Positions 28,873-38,984 of a DNA stretch of 64,000 bases are shown here, piece after piece. Source of the stretch: Methanobacteriota archaeon (GTDB taxonomy: Archaea > Thermoplasmatota > Thermoplasmata > SG8-5 > DAIRED01); the NCBI GenBank assembly GCA_043799545.1, contig JAZDNO010000004.1:32001-96000 (forward strand), given 5' to 3'. The position numbers and the translations under genes are program-made. The first letter of the stretch is position 1. Every line of letters begins with the position of its first letter. Under the pieces are notes generated by a model that saw nothing but the letters and a program-made list of their open reading frames with translations, was not told where the DNA came from and did no database searches.

Positions 28873-29565
28873 TCAACCAGTCTTTTTCAGCCCGAAATCC
28901 GCTTCAAGCATCCCGATGAACTCGTTGAAGCTCTTCACAGTGTAATCCGGAACGATTCCCTCCCTCGGGCGCTTCCACCACCACTTCAGCCAGGCACTCA
29001 TCATGCCGGCGTTCTTCGCCCCCTGGACGTCGTAGCGCAGCGAGTCGCCTATATGGAGCGTCTCCGAGGGTTTGGTGCCCATCTTCTCCATCGCCAGATT
29101 CAGCCCTGCCGGGTCGGGTTTGAGCAACCCGATATCCTCGCAATTCAGCACCAGCGCCCAAGGATATTTCAGAAATCCCATCTTCTCCATTTTGTCACGT
29201 GGCGGGTAATCCGAGACGACAGCGATTGGCAGACCGTTGGCGACGCACATGTCCAGCGCCTCGAAGACCCCCGTTGCGGGCTTGACCTTGTCGAACGCAG
29301 AGTTCCAGCCCGAGTAGACTACCCTTTCGAGCTTCTTGTCAGTCCACTCGATCGACTTCCCCCAGCGCTTCGCCATCGCCTCGGTCTGCCGCTCCCTGAA
29401 GTTCTCTATGCGCCCGAGCCTGCGGAGCTTCGCCCTCTCGTCGGTGAGGTCTCGAATCAGCTTCACATGCGGGCCGAAGCGGTGAAGCAGCCCAAGGACC
29501 ATGCGCGGGTAGTTGTAGAAAGTCGCGTCGAAATCGAAGGTCACGCCAGACAGTTTTTTCGTCAT
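28873..29565 (-). CDS. HAD-superfamily hydrolase
   Basis: FDFDATFY motif I; VVSD; KPDP; HIGDSLRYDVQGAKNAG. Confidence 0.88.
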   Translation of the reverse strand: MTKKLSGVTFDFDATFYNYPRMVLGLLHRFGPHVKLIRDLTDERAKLRRLGRIENFRERQTEAMAKRWGKSIEWTDKKLERVVYSGWNSAFDKVKPATGVFEALDMCVANGLPIAVVSDYPPRDKMEKMGFLKYPWALVLNCEDIGLLKPDPAGLNLAMEKMGTKPSETLHIGDSLRYDVQGAKNAGMMSAWLKWWWKRPREGIVPDYTVKSFNEFIGMLEADFGLKKTG

Positions 29566-29574
29566 GCGTCCCGC

Positions 29575-30681
29575 CTAGCTGAGCAGCAGCCCCCACGAGT
29601 ACTCCGTGTTGCCGTTCCACTCGGCCCCGCCTTCCCTGTGTGTTTTTCCTGCCGCGTCGGTGTGTTCGATTTCAACGACCTCCGAAGGGAACTCGTTGTA
29701 GAAGAACCTGTTGCGCCAGAATTTCTTTCTCTCGAACTCGTAAGTGCACTTTGCGACCGCCTTGACCCTGACGCGCAGCCTCTCGTTTCCCAGTTCGCCC
29801 CGCGCCTCGAAACCGGGCAGGCCGCTCTCCTGGCGGAATACCCTGTAGCGCACGTGCTTGAACCGCTTCGTCTGGGAGCCGGCAGGCGTGTAGTTGAGGT
29901 TTTTGTTCAGGAACCTGAAGGTGTTGTCCCAGCCCGGCTCGCATTCGGCCTTGCGCCTGAACATCAGGGGCCCGAGGAATGTAGTGAAGTAGGTGAGGTA
30001 CGAACCGTCTTTCTTGTGGAACACCCCCCATAGCCAGGGGAACGCCGGCGTGTTCAGGCAGATGTGCTGCATGTAGAGGCTCCCCGACACTTCCCTTTCG
30101 CGCCCTTTCGTCGAGAGTTTACCCTTCCACCTGGCGTGATAGATTTTCAGGGCGTCGAAGCCCATGGATTTGGTGAGCATCGTGCGCCTGTAACCGACCG
30201 GCGGCGGATTCGGCGCAACCGATTCCACGTCCAGACGGAAGTCGGACGGGTCGCGGCAGAATGACAACGACGTTCCGTTGGGGCCGGACGAAAGCCGGAC
30301 GTCGTCCGATTCAACCGAGAGCGCGCCCTCCGCGACCTTCGTCCTAAAGGTCTGGTTCTTCGGAGGGGTTTCGCAAAACCCCTCACCGTCCCAGTGCCAG
30401 AACGTCGCGATGCCCTTGTACGAGAAGTCTGCCGGCGAGCCGGAAATCTCCGCCGCGGGTCCCCAATCGACGCCGTTGGCGAGGACATCCTTGTAGGTCT
30501 TCGCAGTCCAGAATGCGACTATCTGCTTCTTGACGCCGTCCTCGTCGAAGAGGAGCATCCACCACCACCAGACGAAGCTGCCCATTTTCGAGAAAACCCT
30601 GGGAGGCGGAAAATCGGAGAGAAACAGGGGTTTCTCAGGCGGCGTCCATTTGTCTATCGGTTCGAACATGGTTCCGACCAT
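29575..30681 (-). CDS. Hypothetical aromatic-rich beta protein (AttH/tocopherol-cyclase-like fold possible)
   Basis: Long ORF with host-like codon usage; WWWWMLLF, FPWLWG, NTEYSWG; fold is a guess. Confidence 0.55.
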   Translation of the reverse strand: MVGTMFEPIDKWTPPEKPLFLSDFPPPRVFSKMGSFVWWWWMLLFDEDGVKKQIVAFWTAKTYKDVLANGVDWGPAAEISGSPADFSYKGIATFWHWDGEGFCETPPKNQTFRTKVAEGALSVESDDVRLSSGPNGTSLSFCRDPSDFRLDVESVAPNPPPVGYRRTMLTKSMGFDALKIYHARWKGKLSTKGREREVSGSLYMQHICLNTPAFPWLWGVFHKKDGSYLTYFTTFLGPLMFRRKAECEPGWDNTFRFLNKNLNYTPAGSQTKRFKHVRYRVFRQESGLPGFEARGELGNERLRVRVKAVAKCTYEFERKKFWRNRFFYNEFPSEVVEIEHTDAAGKTHREGGAEWNGNTEYSWGLLLS

Positions 30682-30759
30682 GGATGGCGCGGTTTGTAAT
30701 TATCTTTATGGTTTTTGGGGACAATTAACTATTTATCGTCCTAAAGGCATGCTATCTTC

Positions 30760-30966
30760 ATGGACGTAAAATGTCCAAAATGTGGGCAGCCGATGGAAGC
30801 GGGTTATCTGGGCACCGAGAGCCTTGTCGGGGGCGCGAAGTGGTACCTGAAGAAGACGGTGCTGGCGCTCGACGGGGAGAAGCTCAAGGAGCCGGATATG
30901 AGTGGCATGGTCTATATAGACTCTCTGCGTTGCAAGGAATGCAGGGTGATTCTGGCCAGATACTGA
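30760..30966 (+). CDS. Small Zn-ribbon protein (PF20097/DUF6487-like)
   Basis: KCPKCGQPMEAGYL ... LRCKECRVILARY. Confidence 0.75.
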   Translation: MDVKCPKCGQPMEAGYLGTESLVGGAKWYLKKTVLALDGEKLKEPDMSGMVYIDSLRCKECRVILARY

Positions 30967-31011
30967 CCGAGCCTTCTAAAGCCGCGGGCAACTCTCCGAC
31001 CACTATGTGAA

Positions 31012-31734
31012 TCACTGCGTCGGCGGCTGCTGGTAGCCCTGAATTGGTGGTTGTTGCTGCGCAGGATAGTATTGTTGAGGCGTTGGCGGCCGATTTGCAG
31101 GCGTTTCAACCGGTTCCAATTGAAGGTGCTTCGGCTTGACTCGCACGGATATCGTCTCGGCCTTGGGCGTTATCAGGTTCCATCCGGCCTTCAGTATCGA
31201 TGCCCCGATGAGGTATAGGACGATGTAGGCGATGGATACCAGCGCGGCTATCGCGAACGGCGTGAAATCCATGCTGAAGCCAAAATCACCCATATCGCCA
31301 TCCGACTGGCTGCTCCCGCTGTTCTGGCCCATGGCGTCAGGATAAACGGTGGTCATCGACGACGCGCTCAACCCATTGCCGTCCCGGACTGTCAATCTCA
31401 CGTTGTAGTCCCGCGAGTCGCTGTACGTATGTGTCGGGTTTGGCTGGACGCTCGTTCCCCCGTCGCCGAAATCCCAGCTGTACGAAGTGATGGATGCCGA
31501 GCCAGTTGTGGATGAATCTGTGAAGCCCACATTCAGCTCGTTCGAGTTCCAGTAGAACGAGCATTGGGGCGGTTGCGCCTGCTCTTCATCCTCGGGCATT
31601 TGCTCGCGGAGGAACTTGCCCGGATTCTGTGCGATTGGCAACATCATCGAGAAGACGAACAACAGGATGACGATGCCGGCAATCAATACCCCAGTTCCGA
31701 GGAATACCTCGTATTTGCGTTCCATCGCTTCCAC
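31012..31734 (-). CDS. Membrane protein with PKD domain and Gln/Pro-rich tail
   Basis: SYSWDFGDGG, NPTHTY, VRLTV; flanking TM helices. Confidence 0.85.
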   Translation of the reverse strand: MEAMERKYEVFLGTGVLIAGIVILLFVFSMMLPIAQNPGKFLREQMPEDEEQAQPPQCSFYWNSNELNVGFTDSSTTGSASITSYSWDFGDGGTSVQPNPTHTYSDSRDYNVRLTVRDGNGLSASSMTTVYPDAMGQNSGSSQSDGDMGDFGFSMDFTPFAIAALVSIAYIVLYLIGASILKAGWNLITPKAETISVRVKPKHLQLEPVETPANRPPTPQQYYPAQQQPPIQGYQQPPTQ

Positions 31735-31811
31735 CTTAAGGCAATTAAAGACGACTCGGTTTATATACTTTTGTAATGCTGTATTTCAAATGCAGTCGAG
31801 CCTCACCGCAA

Positions 31812-32363
31812 TCACGGTTTCAGAGAATCTGGGCGCCACGCCATCTCCAGCCTGACCTCCCCCCTCTCCACGTCTTCGTTCGAGTAGCTGGTCGCGTCGA
31901 AGCCGACCAGCTCGAAACCGTTGGCCAGGTAGAAATCTATTGCCTTGAGGTTCGACGTCTGGGTCTCCAACACGATGCGCCTGGCGCCGAGCTCCCGCGC
32001 CCGCTTCTTCGCAACGTCCAGCAGCTCTGTGCCGACCCCCATTCGCCTGCGCGACTCGTCGACTGAGATGTCCCAGACGCGGATGCTGTTGTTCCAAGCC
32101 TGGTGCTCGATTTGGATCAGCCCGGCCTCGGTTCCGCCGGCGAACGCCGCATAGACCTCTGTCTCGCCTTTGTATGGCTTCAGCAGGGGCTCGTTGAGGT
32201 CCTTGACGAACGTCTCTGGAAATGGCTCCTTCCGCAGGGCGATTTCCCACCCGTCGCTGGTGCGCTTCAAACTCAGCCGGTACGTTCCGTCCGACGTGTA
32301 GGCGAAGTCGTCCATCTTCCCCGCCAGCTCGCCCTTGTCAAGCTTCCTGATTTCGATCTTCAA
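31812..32363 (-). CDS. GNAT N-acetyltransferase (streptothricin acetyltransferase-like)
   Basis: [10 protein letters not shown]; [19 protein letters not shown]; TTG start overlapping the ChlI stop. Confidence 0.85.
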   Translation of the reverse strand: MKIEIRKLDKGELAGKMDDFAYTSDGTYRLSLKRTSDGWEIALRKEPFPETFVKDLNEPLLKPYKGETEVYAAFAGGTEAGLIQIEHQAWNNSIRVWDISVDESRRRMGVGTELLDVAKKRARELGARRIVLETQTSNLKAIDFYLANGFELVGFDATSYSNEDVERGEVRLEMAWRPDSLKP

Positions 32364-33466
32364 GCAATGTCCTCGCCGTACTTCCTCACGAGCTTGCGGA
32401 GCATCTCCGCGGAGAACGCCTCCTCCTCGAAGGGCTGCTTGCGCATGCGGTGCGGCAGCGCCATCTCCGCGGCCAGTACGACGTCCTCGACGGTCGTCTC
32501 GTCGCGGCCCTCGAGCGCCGCGTTCGTCCTCGCCGAGCGCTCGATGATGATGTCCCCGCGATGGCCGTCGATGTTGAAGTCTATCCCCAGGCGCGTGATG
32601 AGCTCGACGATTTTCATGGAAGTCTTTATCTTCGGGAGCCTCTCCATGGCCTCCAGGATGCGTTTGCGCAGCTCGTTCTGTGCGGGCTCCCACTTCTCCC
32701 TGAATAAGACCGGGTCCTCCTGAAACTCGCGCGAGCGCTTGATTATCTCGACGCGCTTGTCAACTTCCTTGATGCCCTTGACCTCGGCCTGCAGCGCCAG
32801 CCTGTCCAGGAGCTGCGGTCGTAGCTCCCCCTCCTCGGGGTTCATCGAGCCGATTATTACGAACTGAGACGGGTAGTTCAGGGAAATCCCCTCGCGCTCT
32901 ATCGTCACCATCCCCATGGCTGCGGCATCCAGCAGGACGTCGACGACGTTGTCCTCCAGGAGGTTTATCTCGTCCACGTAGAGGATGTTGCGGTGCGCCT
33001 CCGCGAGGATTCCCGGCTCGAACGCCTCCACCCCCTCTTTGAGGACGCGCTCGATGTCTATCGCGCCGACGAGGCGGTCCTCCGTGATGTTGAGGGGCAG
33101 GTCGCACACGTTCATGTCCGTTTTCGTGGCCTTGAGCTCCCCCTTCTCGTGCTTCAGCTTGCACTCGTTGCAGAACTTCTCCGGCTTGTCGGTGGGGCGG
33201 CAGTTGAACTTGCAGCCCGTCACGTCCATCTTCGGAAGTATGTCCTGGAGCGCGCGCACCGCGATGGATTTGCCAGTCCCCTTCTCGCCCCTTATCAGCA
33301 CCCCCCCTATCTGGGGATTGACGACGTTGAGCAGCAGCGCCCTCTTGAGAACTTCCTGGCCGACTATGGCCGTGAACGGATAAATCCTCTCGGGCGAATG
33401 GCGCTTCCTCGAGCCCTGAACGGCCGGCGATGGTGTCTTTTTCTCCGTCCTCTTTTCGGGAGGCAC
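32360..33466 (-). CDS. ChlI/BchI-type AAA+ ATPase (stand-alone, intact)
   Basis: YPFTAIVGQ; GEKGTGKS; GCKFNC...FCNEC; TEDRLVG; YVDEINLL; [17 protein letters not shown]; DGHRGD. Confidence 0.92.
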   Translation of the reverse strand: MPPEKRTEKKTPSPAVQGSRKRHSPERIYPFTAIVGQEVLKRALLLNVVNPQIGGVLIRGEKGTGKSIAVRALQDILPKMDVTGCKFNCRPTDKPEKFCNECKLKHEKGELKATKTDMNVCDLPLNITEDRLVGAIDIERVLKEGVEAFEPGILAEAHRNILYVDEINLLEDNVVDVLLDAAAMGMVTIEREGISLNYPSQFVIIGSMNPEEGELRPQLLDRLALQAEVKGIKEVDKRVEIIKRSREFQEDPVLFREKWEPAQNELRKRILEAMERLPKIKTSMKIVELITRLGIDFNIDGHRGDIIIERSARTNAALEGRDETTVEDVVLAAEMALPHRMRKQPFEEEAFSAEMLRKLVRKYGEDIA

Positions 33467-33469
33467 GCC

Positions 33470-36331
33470 TCACCCCTTCCTGCCGTCGATGGACTCGCGC
33501 TCGCGCTGCTTCACGAGCTTGCGGAGCATCTCCTCGCTGAACTCCTCCTCCTCGTACGGGCGCCTGCGCATCCTGTGCGGCAAAGCCATCTCCGAGACGA
33601 CGACGATGTCCTCAGCCGCCACCTCAAGCCGTCCCTCGAATGCCGCGTTCGCCCGCGCCGCCCTCTCGATTATGATGTCCGCCCTGTGGCCGTCCACGTT
33701 GAAGTCTATGCACACCTGCGCTATCAAATCGTAGACGTGCTGAGGCGTCCTGACGTTGGGGAGTATCTCCCTCGCCTTCGTGATGCGCTCGCGCAGCTCC
33801 TGCCGCACTGGCTCGTGCTTGGCGCGGAATCCCTCCGGGTCGACTGTGAACTCCTCCCTCCGGCGCACGATGTCTATGCGAGACGTGACGTCCTGGATGC
33901 CGATGACGTCAGTTTGGAGCGCGATGCGGTCCAGTATCTGCGGCCTCAGCTCTCCTTCCTCTGGGTTCATCGAGCCGACGATGATGAACCTGGCCGGGTG
34001 CGAGAGGGAAATGCCCTCGCGCTCGACGTTCACGTTCCCGGACGAGGCCGAATCCAGCAATATGTCAACGATATAGTCGTCCAGCAAGTTTATCTCGTCC
34101 ACGTAAAGGATGCCTCGGTGCGCCTCCGCTAGGATTCCTGGCTCGAACGATTTTGTGCCTTCTGACAGAATCTTCTCTATGTCTATCGAACCGACGAGGC
34201 GGTCCTCCGTGATGTTCAGCGGCAGGTCAACGACCTGGACCTGGCGCGTGAAAGTCTCCAGCTTGCCTGCTTCGTAGCGAGCCGCGCACTCGGGGCAGAG
34301 CTTGTCCACCTCCTTGGGGTCGCAGATGAACTTGCATCCAGTCACTTCGATGTCCGGCAAGACCTCCGCCAAGCCGCGTACGCCGACGGACTTGCCCGTC
34401 CCCTTCTGTCCGCGTATGAGCACCCCTCCGACTTCCGGGTAGATGGCGTTGAGAATCATCGCCTTCTTCATCTTCTCCTGGCCGACGAGCGCGACGAACG
34501 GGAACAGCACGCGCTTCTGCTTGGTCTGCTCCACCATGCGGCCCGCCGCGGCCTTGAGCTTGAGCTTCTCCTCCTCCTCCAGGCGCTGGCGTATCTGGTT
34601 CTCCAGCTCCTGCTTCAGGTGCGAAAGCTCGCCTTCCTTCATGCGCAATTTTTCACGCGACTCGTCGAAGAGGTTGCGCTGGATTTCGAGGTCGGAGCGG
34701 GCCTTGATGAGGTCCTGCTCCTTCATCCTGATCTTTTCCTCCTCCTCCATCATGAACTCCTCGGTCTTGCGCTCGACCTCGGTCTGGACCAGGCTCTCCA
34801 TCTCCTGCTCCTTCATGTGGAGCTTCTCCTCCTCGGCTGCCAGGGCCTCGTTTTTCATTTCCAGCTCCGCCTGGATGGCAGAGACTTCTTGCTCCTTGAG
34901 GCGGACCTTCTCCTCCTCCTGCGCTATCTGCTCGGTCATGCTCTCGAGGCGCTGCTGGATTTCCTTCAGTTCCTCGTCCTTGAGGCGGAGGCGCTCCTCC
35001 TCCTCCTCGCGCATCTTCTCCATCTCCGTCTCCATGTCCGTCTTTATCTGGTCGATGTCGTTCTCCTTGTCCAGGTAAAGCTCGAAGTGCGCGCGGCCCG
35101 GGTCCTCGAGGACTGCCGGGTAGTTCATGTAGGCGATGAAGTCCAGGATTATCATCGTGGCGAGCACGATGATCATCACGATGCCGCCCAGGAGGTCGAT
35201 GGTTTCCGAACCGCCTTGCTGGTAAAACGCGGTGATGAATATCCCAATGAGCATGGCGAACGAGACCCAGATGCTGGCGAAGACGTTCAGCTTCGTGTCC
35301 CACGTGTGAAGAAGGGCGTCGACCGCGGTGATGATGACGGTTATCAGCAGCAGGTTGACCGTAATCGCCCCGCCCAGCATCGGCGCGAAGATCAGCATTG
35401 ACCGGGGTATCTTGTTGGAAATGTTGAACGTGAAGAGTATGAACTCGATGAACATGAACAGGGCGAGGAACGTGAAGAAGGTCACGGTGATGTTGCTGAC
35501 CCGGAAGTAGTTGAGGAACCCCTCGCTCTTCTCCTCCTCCAGCATCTCCTTAATCTTGCGCTTGCGCTCGTCCTTGCGCAGCTTGGCCCTCTCGCTCTCG
35601 TCCAGGTCATCGTCTTCCTCGAAATCGTCCCCGTCTTCCGCCGCTTCGTCCTCAGCGGTTTCGTCGCCCTCGCCATCGTCTTGCGGTTCGGCCTTCTTCT
35701 TGCCGAAACCGAAGCGTTTCTTCTTCGGAGCCTCCTCCTCGGCGACCTCCTCTTCCGCCGGTTCCCCGGATTCTGCATCATCCTCTTCCACGGCAATGTC
35801 TGGGGTTTCAGCGGCTTGTTCTTCTTCCCCGGCCGCCTTCTTCTTGCCGAAACCGAAGCGCTTTTTCTTCGGGGCTTCCGCCTCCTCAACGGTTTCAGGC
35901 TCCGCTTCAGGTTCTGCGGGGGCCTCTGGTGTCTTTGGTTTTTCCTCGGCTTTCGGCTCATCCTCTGGCACAGGCCCTGGTTTTCCCCCTCCCACGGAAC
36001 CCGCGTCCCAGCTCTCCTCAGTTTTCTTGATGGGATTGAAGCAGTTGGGGCAGATCTCGGCTATCTCGTCCACCCCTTTGCCGCATGAAGGGCATCTGAC
36101 GAAGTGCTCGAGGCTGGCGCTGCAGGATGGGCAGATCTTTGCCCCCGAGCCGACCAGCGTGCCGCACTCTGGGCAGCTCATCTGATCGCCGGGCACCTCG
36201 GCTGTAGGCACCCGCTCATGCGGCGCCTCCTGCGTTGCTGCGTCTTCAGGCAAATCTGCGCCGCAATTGGTGCACTGCGCCGCCTGGTCGTCGTAGTTGA
36301 CGGTTCCGCAATTCGAGCAGTAGCGCTCCAC
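33470..36331 (-). CDS. Multidomain protein: 3 Zn ribbons, acidic low-complexity linker, 4 TM, long coiled coil, intact ChlI-type AAA+
   Basis: Six CxxC pairs at the N-terminus; four hydrophobic segments; about 190 E/K/Q-rich heptad residues; [31 protein letters not shown]. Confidence 0.88.
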   Translation of the reverse strand: MERYCSNCGTVNYDDQAAQCTNCGADLPEDAATQEAPHERVPTAEVPGDQMSCPECGTLVGSGAKICPSCSASLEHFVRCPSCGKGVDEIAEICPNCFNPIKKTEESWDAGSVGGGKPGPVPEDEPKAEEKPKTPEAPAEPEAEPETVEEAEAPKKKRFGFGKKKAAGEEEQAAETPDIAVEEDDAESGEPAEEEVAEEEAPKKKRFGFGKKKAEPQDDGEGDETAEDEAAEDGDDFEEDDDLDESERAKLRKDERKRKIKEMLEEEKSEGFLNYFRVSNITVTFFTFLALFMFIEFILFTFNISNKIPRSMLIFAPMLGGAITVNLLLITVIITAVDALLHTWDTKLNVFASIWVSFAMLIGIFITAFYQQGGSETIDLLGGIVMIIVLATMIILDFIAYMNYPAVLEDPGRAHFELYLDKENDIDQIKTDMETEMEKMREEEEERLRLKDEELKEIQQRLESMTEQIAQEEEKVRLKEQEVSAIQAELEMKNEALAAEEEKLHMKEQEMESLVQTEVERKTEEFMMEEEEKIRMKEQDLIKARSDLEIQRNLFDESREKLRMKEGELSHLKQELENQIRQRLEEEEKLKLKAAAGRMVEQTKQKRVLFPFVALVGQEKMKKAMILNAIYPEVGGVLIRGQKGTGKSVGVRGLAEVLPDIEVTGCKFICDPKEVDKLCPECAARYEAGKLETFTRQVQVVDLPLNITEDRLVGSIDIEKILSEGTKSFEPGILAEAHRGILYVDEINLLDDYIVDILLDSASSGNVNVEREGISLSHPARFIIVGSMNPEEGELRPQILDRIALQTDVIGIQDVTSRIDIVRRREEFTVDPEGFRAKHEPVRQELRERITKAREILPNVRTPQHVYDLIAQVCIDFNVDGHRADIIIERAARANAAFEGRLEVAAEDIVVVSEMALPHRMRRRPYEEEEFSEEMLRKLVKQRERESIDGRKG
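35691..35860. repeat. 26-bp direct repeat (35691-35716, 35835-35860) encoding the duplicated KKKRFGFGKKKA peptide
   Basis: gccttcttcttgccgaaaccgaagcg occurs twice. Confidence 0.9.
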
Positions 36332-36333
36332 CC

Positions 36334-36999
36334 CTAATCTGCCTCCTCAGCGCCCTTGCGCTCTATCTTCTCGATCTTTCTGGCCAGCCTGTTGCTGAGG
36401 ACGCGCTTGTACAAAGTGAACCCGGCCGGTATGGCTGAGGCGGTCAGGGAGACCGCCACGAGCGCGTACACCTGGTACTCCTCTTGGATTATCGGCGGTG
36501 GCCTGTACTCGGAGGAGAACGGCCCCTCGTAGTATGCGGTCCTCCACGTATTGTCCGCGGCAAGGACCTTGATGGTCTTGCCCTGGAACTGCTCGAAGAC
36601 GAAGATTATTCGGATGGTGTTGTTCTTCACGTAATCGCCAACGAAGCGGTCGACTATGCATCTCCCCGCCTGGAGGGTGCCTCCCGCGTTGTCAACGAAT
36701 CTGTCGTTGACGTCGTAGGTCGTGTTCGTGTCGTGCTGGAAAAAGGTGACGTTCGCGACCTCGTCGCCGCTCCCGTCGATGACAAGCACATTCACGTTGT
36801 ATATGTCCAGCCCGCCGTTCTGGTCGTAAACCGTGACGTTGACTTCAACGTAATCCCCGTTCAATCCGACCCGGATGTCGCTGAACGTCGGGGGGATCCC
36901 CCAGACCCCCACGCCGCTCTGCGCTTTGGCGCCCTGAATGGCCAAGGCTAGAACGAACGTTGCGACTAGCGCCACGGCGAACATGCTCCTGGCCTTCAT
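36334..36999 (-). CDS. Exported protein with signal peptide, beta-rich domain and C-terminal TM anchor
   Basis: MKARSMFAVALVATFVLALAIQGAKA signal; C-terminal hydrophobic helix plus basic tail; 2-nt gap to the next gene. Confidence 0.8.
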   Translation of the reverse strand: MKARSMFAVALVATFVLALAIQGAKAQSGVGVWGIPPTFSDIRVGLNGDYVEVNVTVYDQNGGLDIYNVNVLVIDGSGDEVANVTFFQHDTNTTYDVNDRFVDNAGGTLQAGRCIVDRFVGDYVKNNTIRIIFVFEQFQGKTIKVLAADNTWRTAYYEGPFSSEYRPPPIIQEEYQVYALVAVSLTASAIPAGFTLYKRVLSNRLARKIEKIERKGAEEAD

Positions 37000-37004
37000 T
37001 TGCC

Positions 37005-38456
37005 CTATCCCCTCTTTCCTCGCCCCTTTTTCTTTTGCTTGCGCTGCTCTTTCTCCTTCTTTTTAAGGTTCGAGTAGTATGCCATGAAGCCGACGATCAC
37101 TGCCACGACCGCGACGATGGCGATGATGGCCATCCAATTGATTTCCACAGGCTCCTTGTAATCGGACGGCACTCTGTCAACTGTGACGGCGGTCGAGAAC
37201 AACTCCTCGCGCGCGGCCCCGCCGTCCGACCAGCCAAGAGTGTATATTATGCGCGCGGTGAACGCGGTCGTCGATGCCTTCTCCGCCTTGATTGTGATGC
37301 GAAGGTGCCTCTCAGTGACGTTCGAAAGGCTCAGCACGATGCTAGCCGGATCCACGGCCACGTCGTCGATTGTGGCGGAGGTAATCGTGATGTTGTCACC
37401 CACCAGCGAGAGCGTCGCGCTCCCCTCTCCAGTGAAGTACGCGTCTACGGTCGTGCTGTTGCCGAACTTCAGGAGCGGAACGTTTTTCACATACTGGACT
37501 ATGACCTTTCCAAAGTCCAGGAGGGTGTACCCGGTCCTCTGGACGTTGACGTTTATCGAGAATTGCTGCTCGAATGCGGGAACGAGCGCGACTGTCGCGG
37601 GGGTGATGAGGTACTTCGGCTCTCCGCGCACCGTCCCCGTGACCTTGAGCTCGCGCGGGCTCCATGCGGGGGCGGCGAAATCGATGAAATAGAATCGCTC
37701 CTCGCCGGGGTGGAAGATGGGGTAGTTGTCGCCGGCCTTCAGGGGCTCTGACTCGTTGTTCTTGTCCCACTTGAACCTGGTCGAGAAGTATTCGCCGAAG
37801 GGTTCAAAGCGAAGCGACAGCGTCAGCGGGACGTTCTCCACGTTGTTGGCCCTGACGTAGAAGCTCTGGTCCGCCGGGTCGAAGGACGAGACGCTCTGGG
37901 TCTGGAACGGCGACACGGCGAAGAAAAAGTCCGGCCTTGACAGGGAGAATCCGGATTCCGGCACCTCCACGACCACGTCGCCTGCCCAATCGAGAGCGCC
38001 GTCGACGTAGACTGTGAAGTTCCAGACGCCCGGAGTCGCCCTCGCGGACATTCCGACCGCGAATTTGTATATGTTGTTTGCTCCTATCGAGCACTGGCTG
38101 AGATTTACATACATCCCGTACTTCGCGTCCGACCAGACGCTGTTGACGCATGCCCAAGAATAGTAGTTGGTATCATCCTGGACGGCGGGAGCGGTCGCTC
38201 CCGGGTGGCATACGATGGTCACGTTCGCATGCGGCGCATCCAGCGAAACATCGATGGAGTGTATCACGCCAGCGACCATGATTGGAACTGTTCCGGCCGA
38301 AAACCTGAGGCTCTCGCCGGGTATGTAGAAGCTGACGGAGCTTACGGCGGCGGACGCGGGACCGGCCAATGGGGTCAGGGCCAAGAATCCGAGGGCCAGC
38401 AACACCAACACCGAGAGCGCTCGCATTCTCATAGTTCGCCCCTCCAAAGCATACAT
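37005..38456 (-). CDS. Exported beta-rich protein with signal peptide and C-terminal TM anchor
   Basis: MRALSVLVLLALGFLALTPLAGPASA signal; WMAIIAIVAVVAVIVGFMAYY plus Lys-rich tail; true start may be a downstream Met. Confidence 0.8.
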   Translation of the reverse strand: MYALEGRTMRMRALSVLVLLALGFLALTPLAGPASAAVSSVSFYIPGESLRFSAGTVPIMVAGVIHSIDVSLDAPHANVTIVCHPGATAPAVQDDTNYYSWACVNSVWSDAKYGMYVNLSQCSIGANNIYKFAVGMSARATPGVWNFTVYVDGALDWAGDVVVEVPESGFSLSRPDFFFAVSPFQTQSVSSFDPADQSFYVRANNVENVPLTLSLRFEPFGEYFSTRFKWDKNNESEPLKAGDNYPIFHPGEERFYFIDFAAPAWSPRELKVTGTVRGEPKYLITPATVALVPAFEQQFSINVNVQRTGYTLLDFGKVIVQYVKNVPLLKFGNSTTVDAYFTGEGSATLSLVGDNITITSATIDDVAVDPASIVLSLSNVTERHLRITIKAEKASTTAFTARIIYTLGWSDGGAAREELFSTAVTVDRVPSDYKEPVEINWMAIIAIVAVVAVIVGFMAYYSNLKKKEKEQRKQKKKGRGKRG

Positions 38457-38541
38457 GTCGTTAGAAGGCTTATTTATATAAAAAGGTTAGCTATTAAGGT
38501 TCTGTTGCGTTTAAGGGTGCTATCACCCGCCGCTAGTGCCC

Positions 38542-38558
38542 TGTTGCACGGCGGGTGC
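38542..38558. repeat. Subterminal inverted repeat, left copy (partner at 46771-46787)
   Basis: TGTTGCACGGCGGGTGC versus reverse complement of GCACCCACCGTGCAACA (16/17 identical), at the same distance from each end. Confidence 0.85.
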
Positions 38559-38632
38559 TGACCTCGATTAAAGGCATCCGAAAGTGGCTTATACGCGCTC
38601 CACGATGCCCGCAGCATAGGAGAGTGCTAGGG

Positions 38633-38941
38633 GTGCGATTGAGTATATTGGCCGTCGGAGTTGTAATCTTAGTGCTGGGTATGGTCGTCGCCTTATTGGG
38701 AATACAGGCCGACCTTGATAACCCCTATGTCACTATGCCAACCAGCAGTGGATATTCATACTACTACCCGCCAACGAGCATCGGTATGGCTGTGTTTGGC
38801 GCTTTAATGATGGCGGCGGGCACATTTTTCATGGGGTTGGGTGCTGGCATCCCCTCCCCCGTCAAATATACTTGTCCCAATTGTGGGGCAAAAGATTCGG
38901 CCAGTAATTTTTGTAAAGGCTGTGGTATGAAGTTGCGATAA
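38633..38941 (+). CDS. Small 2-TM membrane protein with C-terminal Zn ribbon (cargo)
   Basis: Two hydrophobic helices; YTCPNCG...FCKGCG; GTG start after AGGAG. Confidence 0.7.
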   Translation: MRLSILAVGVVILVLGMVVALLGIQADLDNPYVTMPTSSGYSYYYPPTSIGMAVFGALMMAAGTFFMGLGAGIPSPVKYTCPNCGAKDSASNFCKGCGMKLR

Positions 38942-38984
38942 ACGGCCAGTAATACTTTGGGTGCAAGGCGCCCAATTTGCAATA

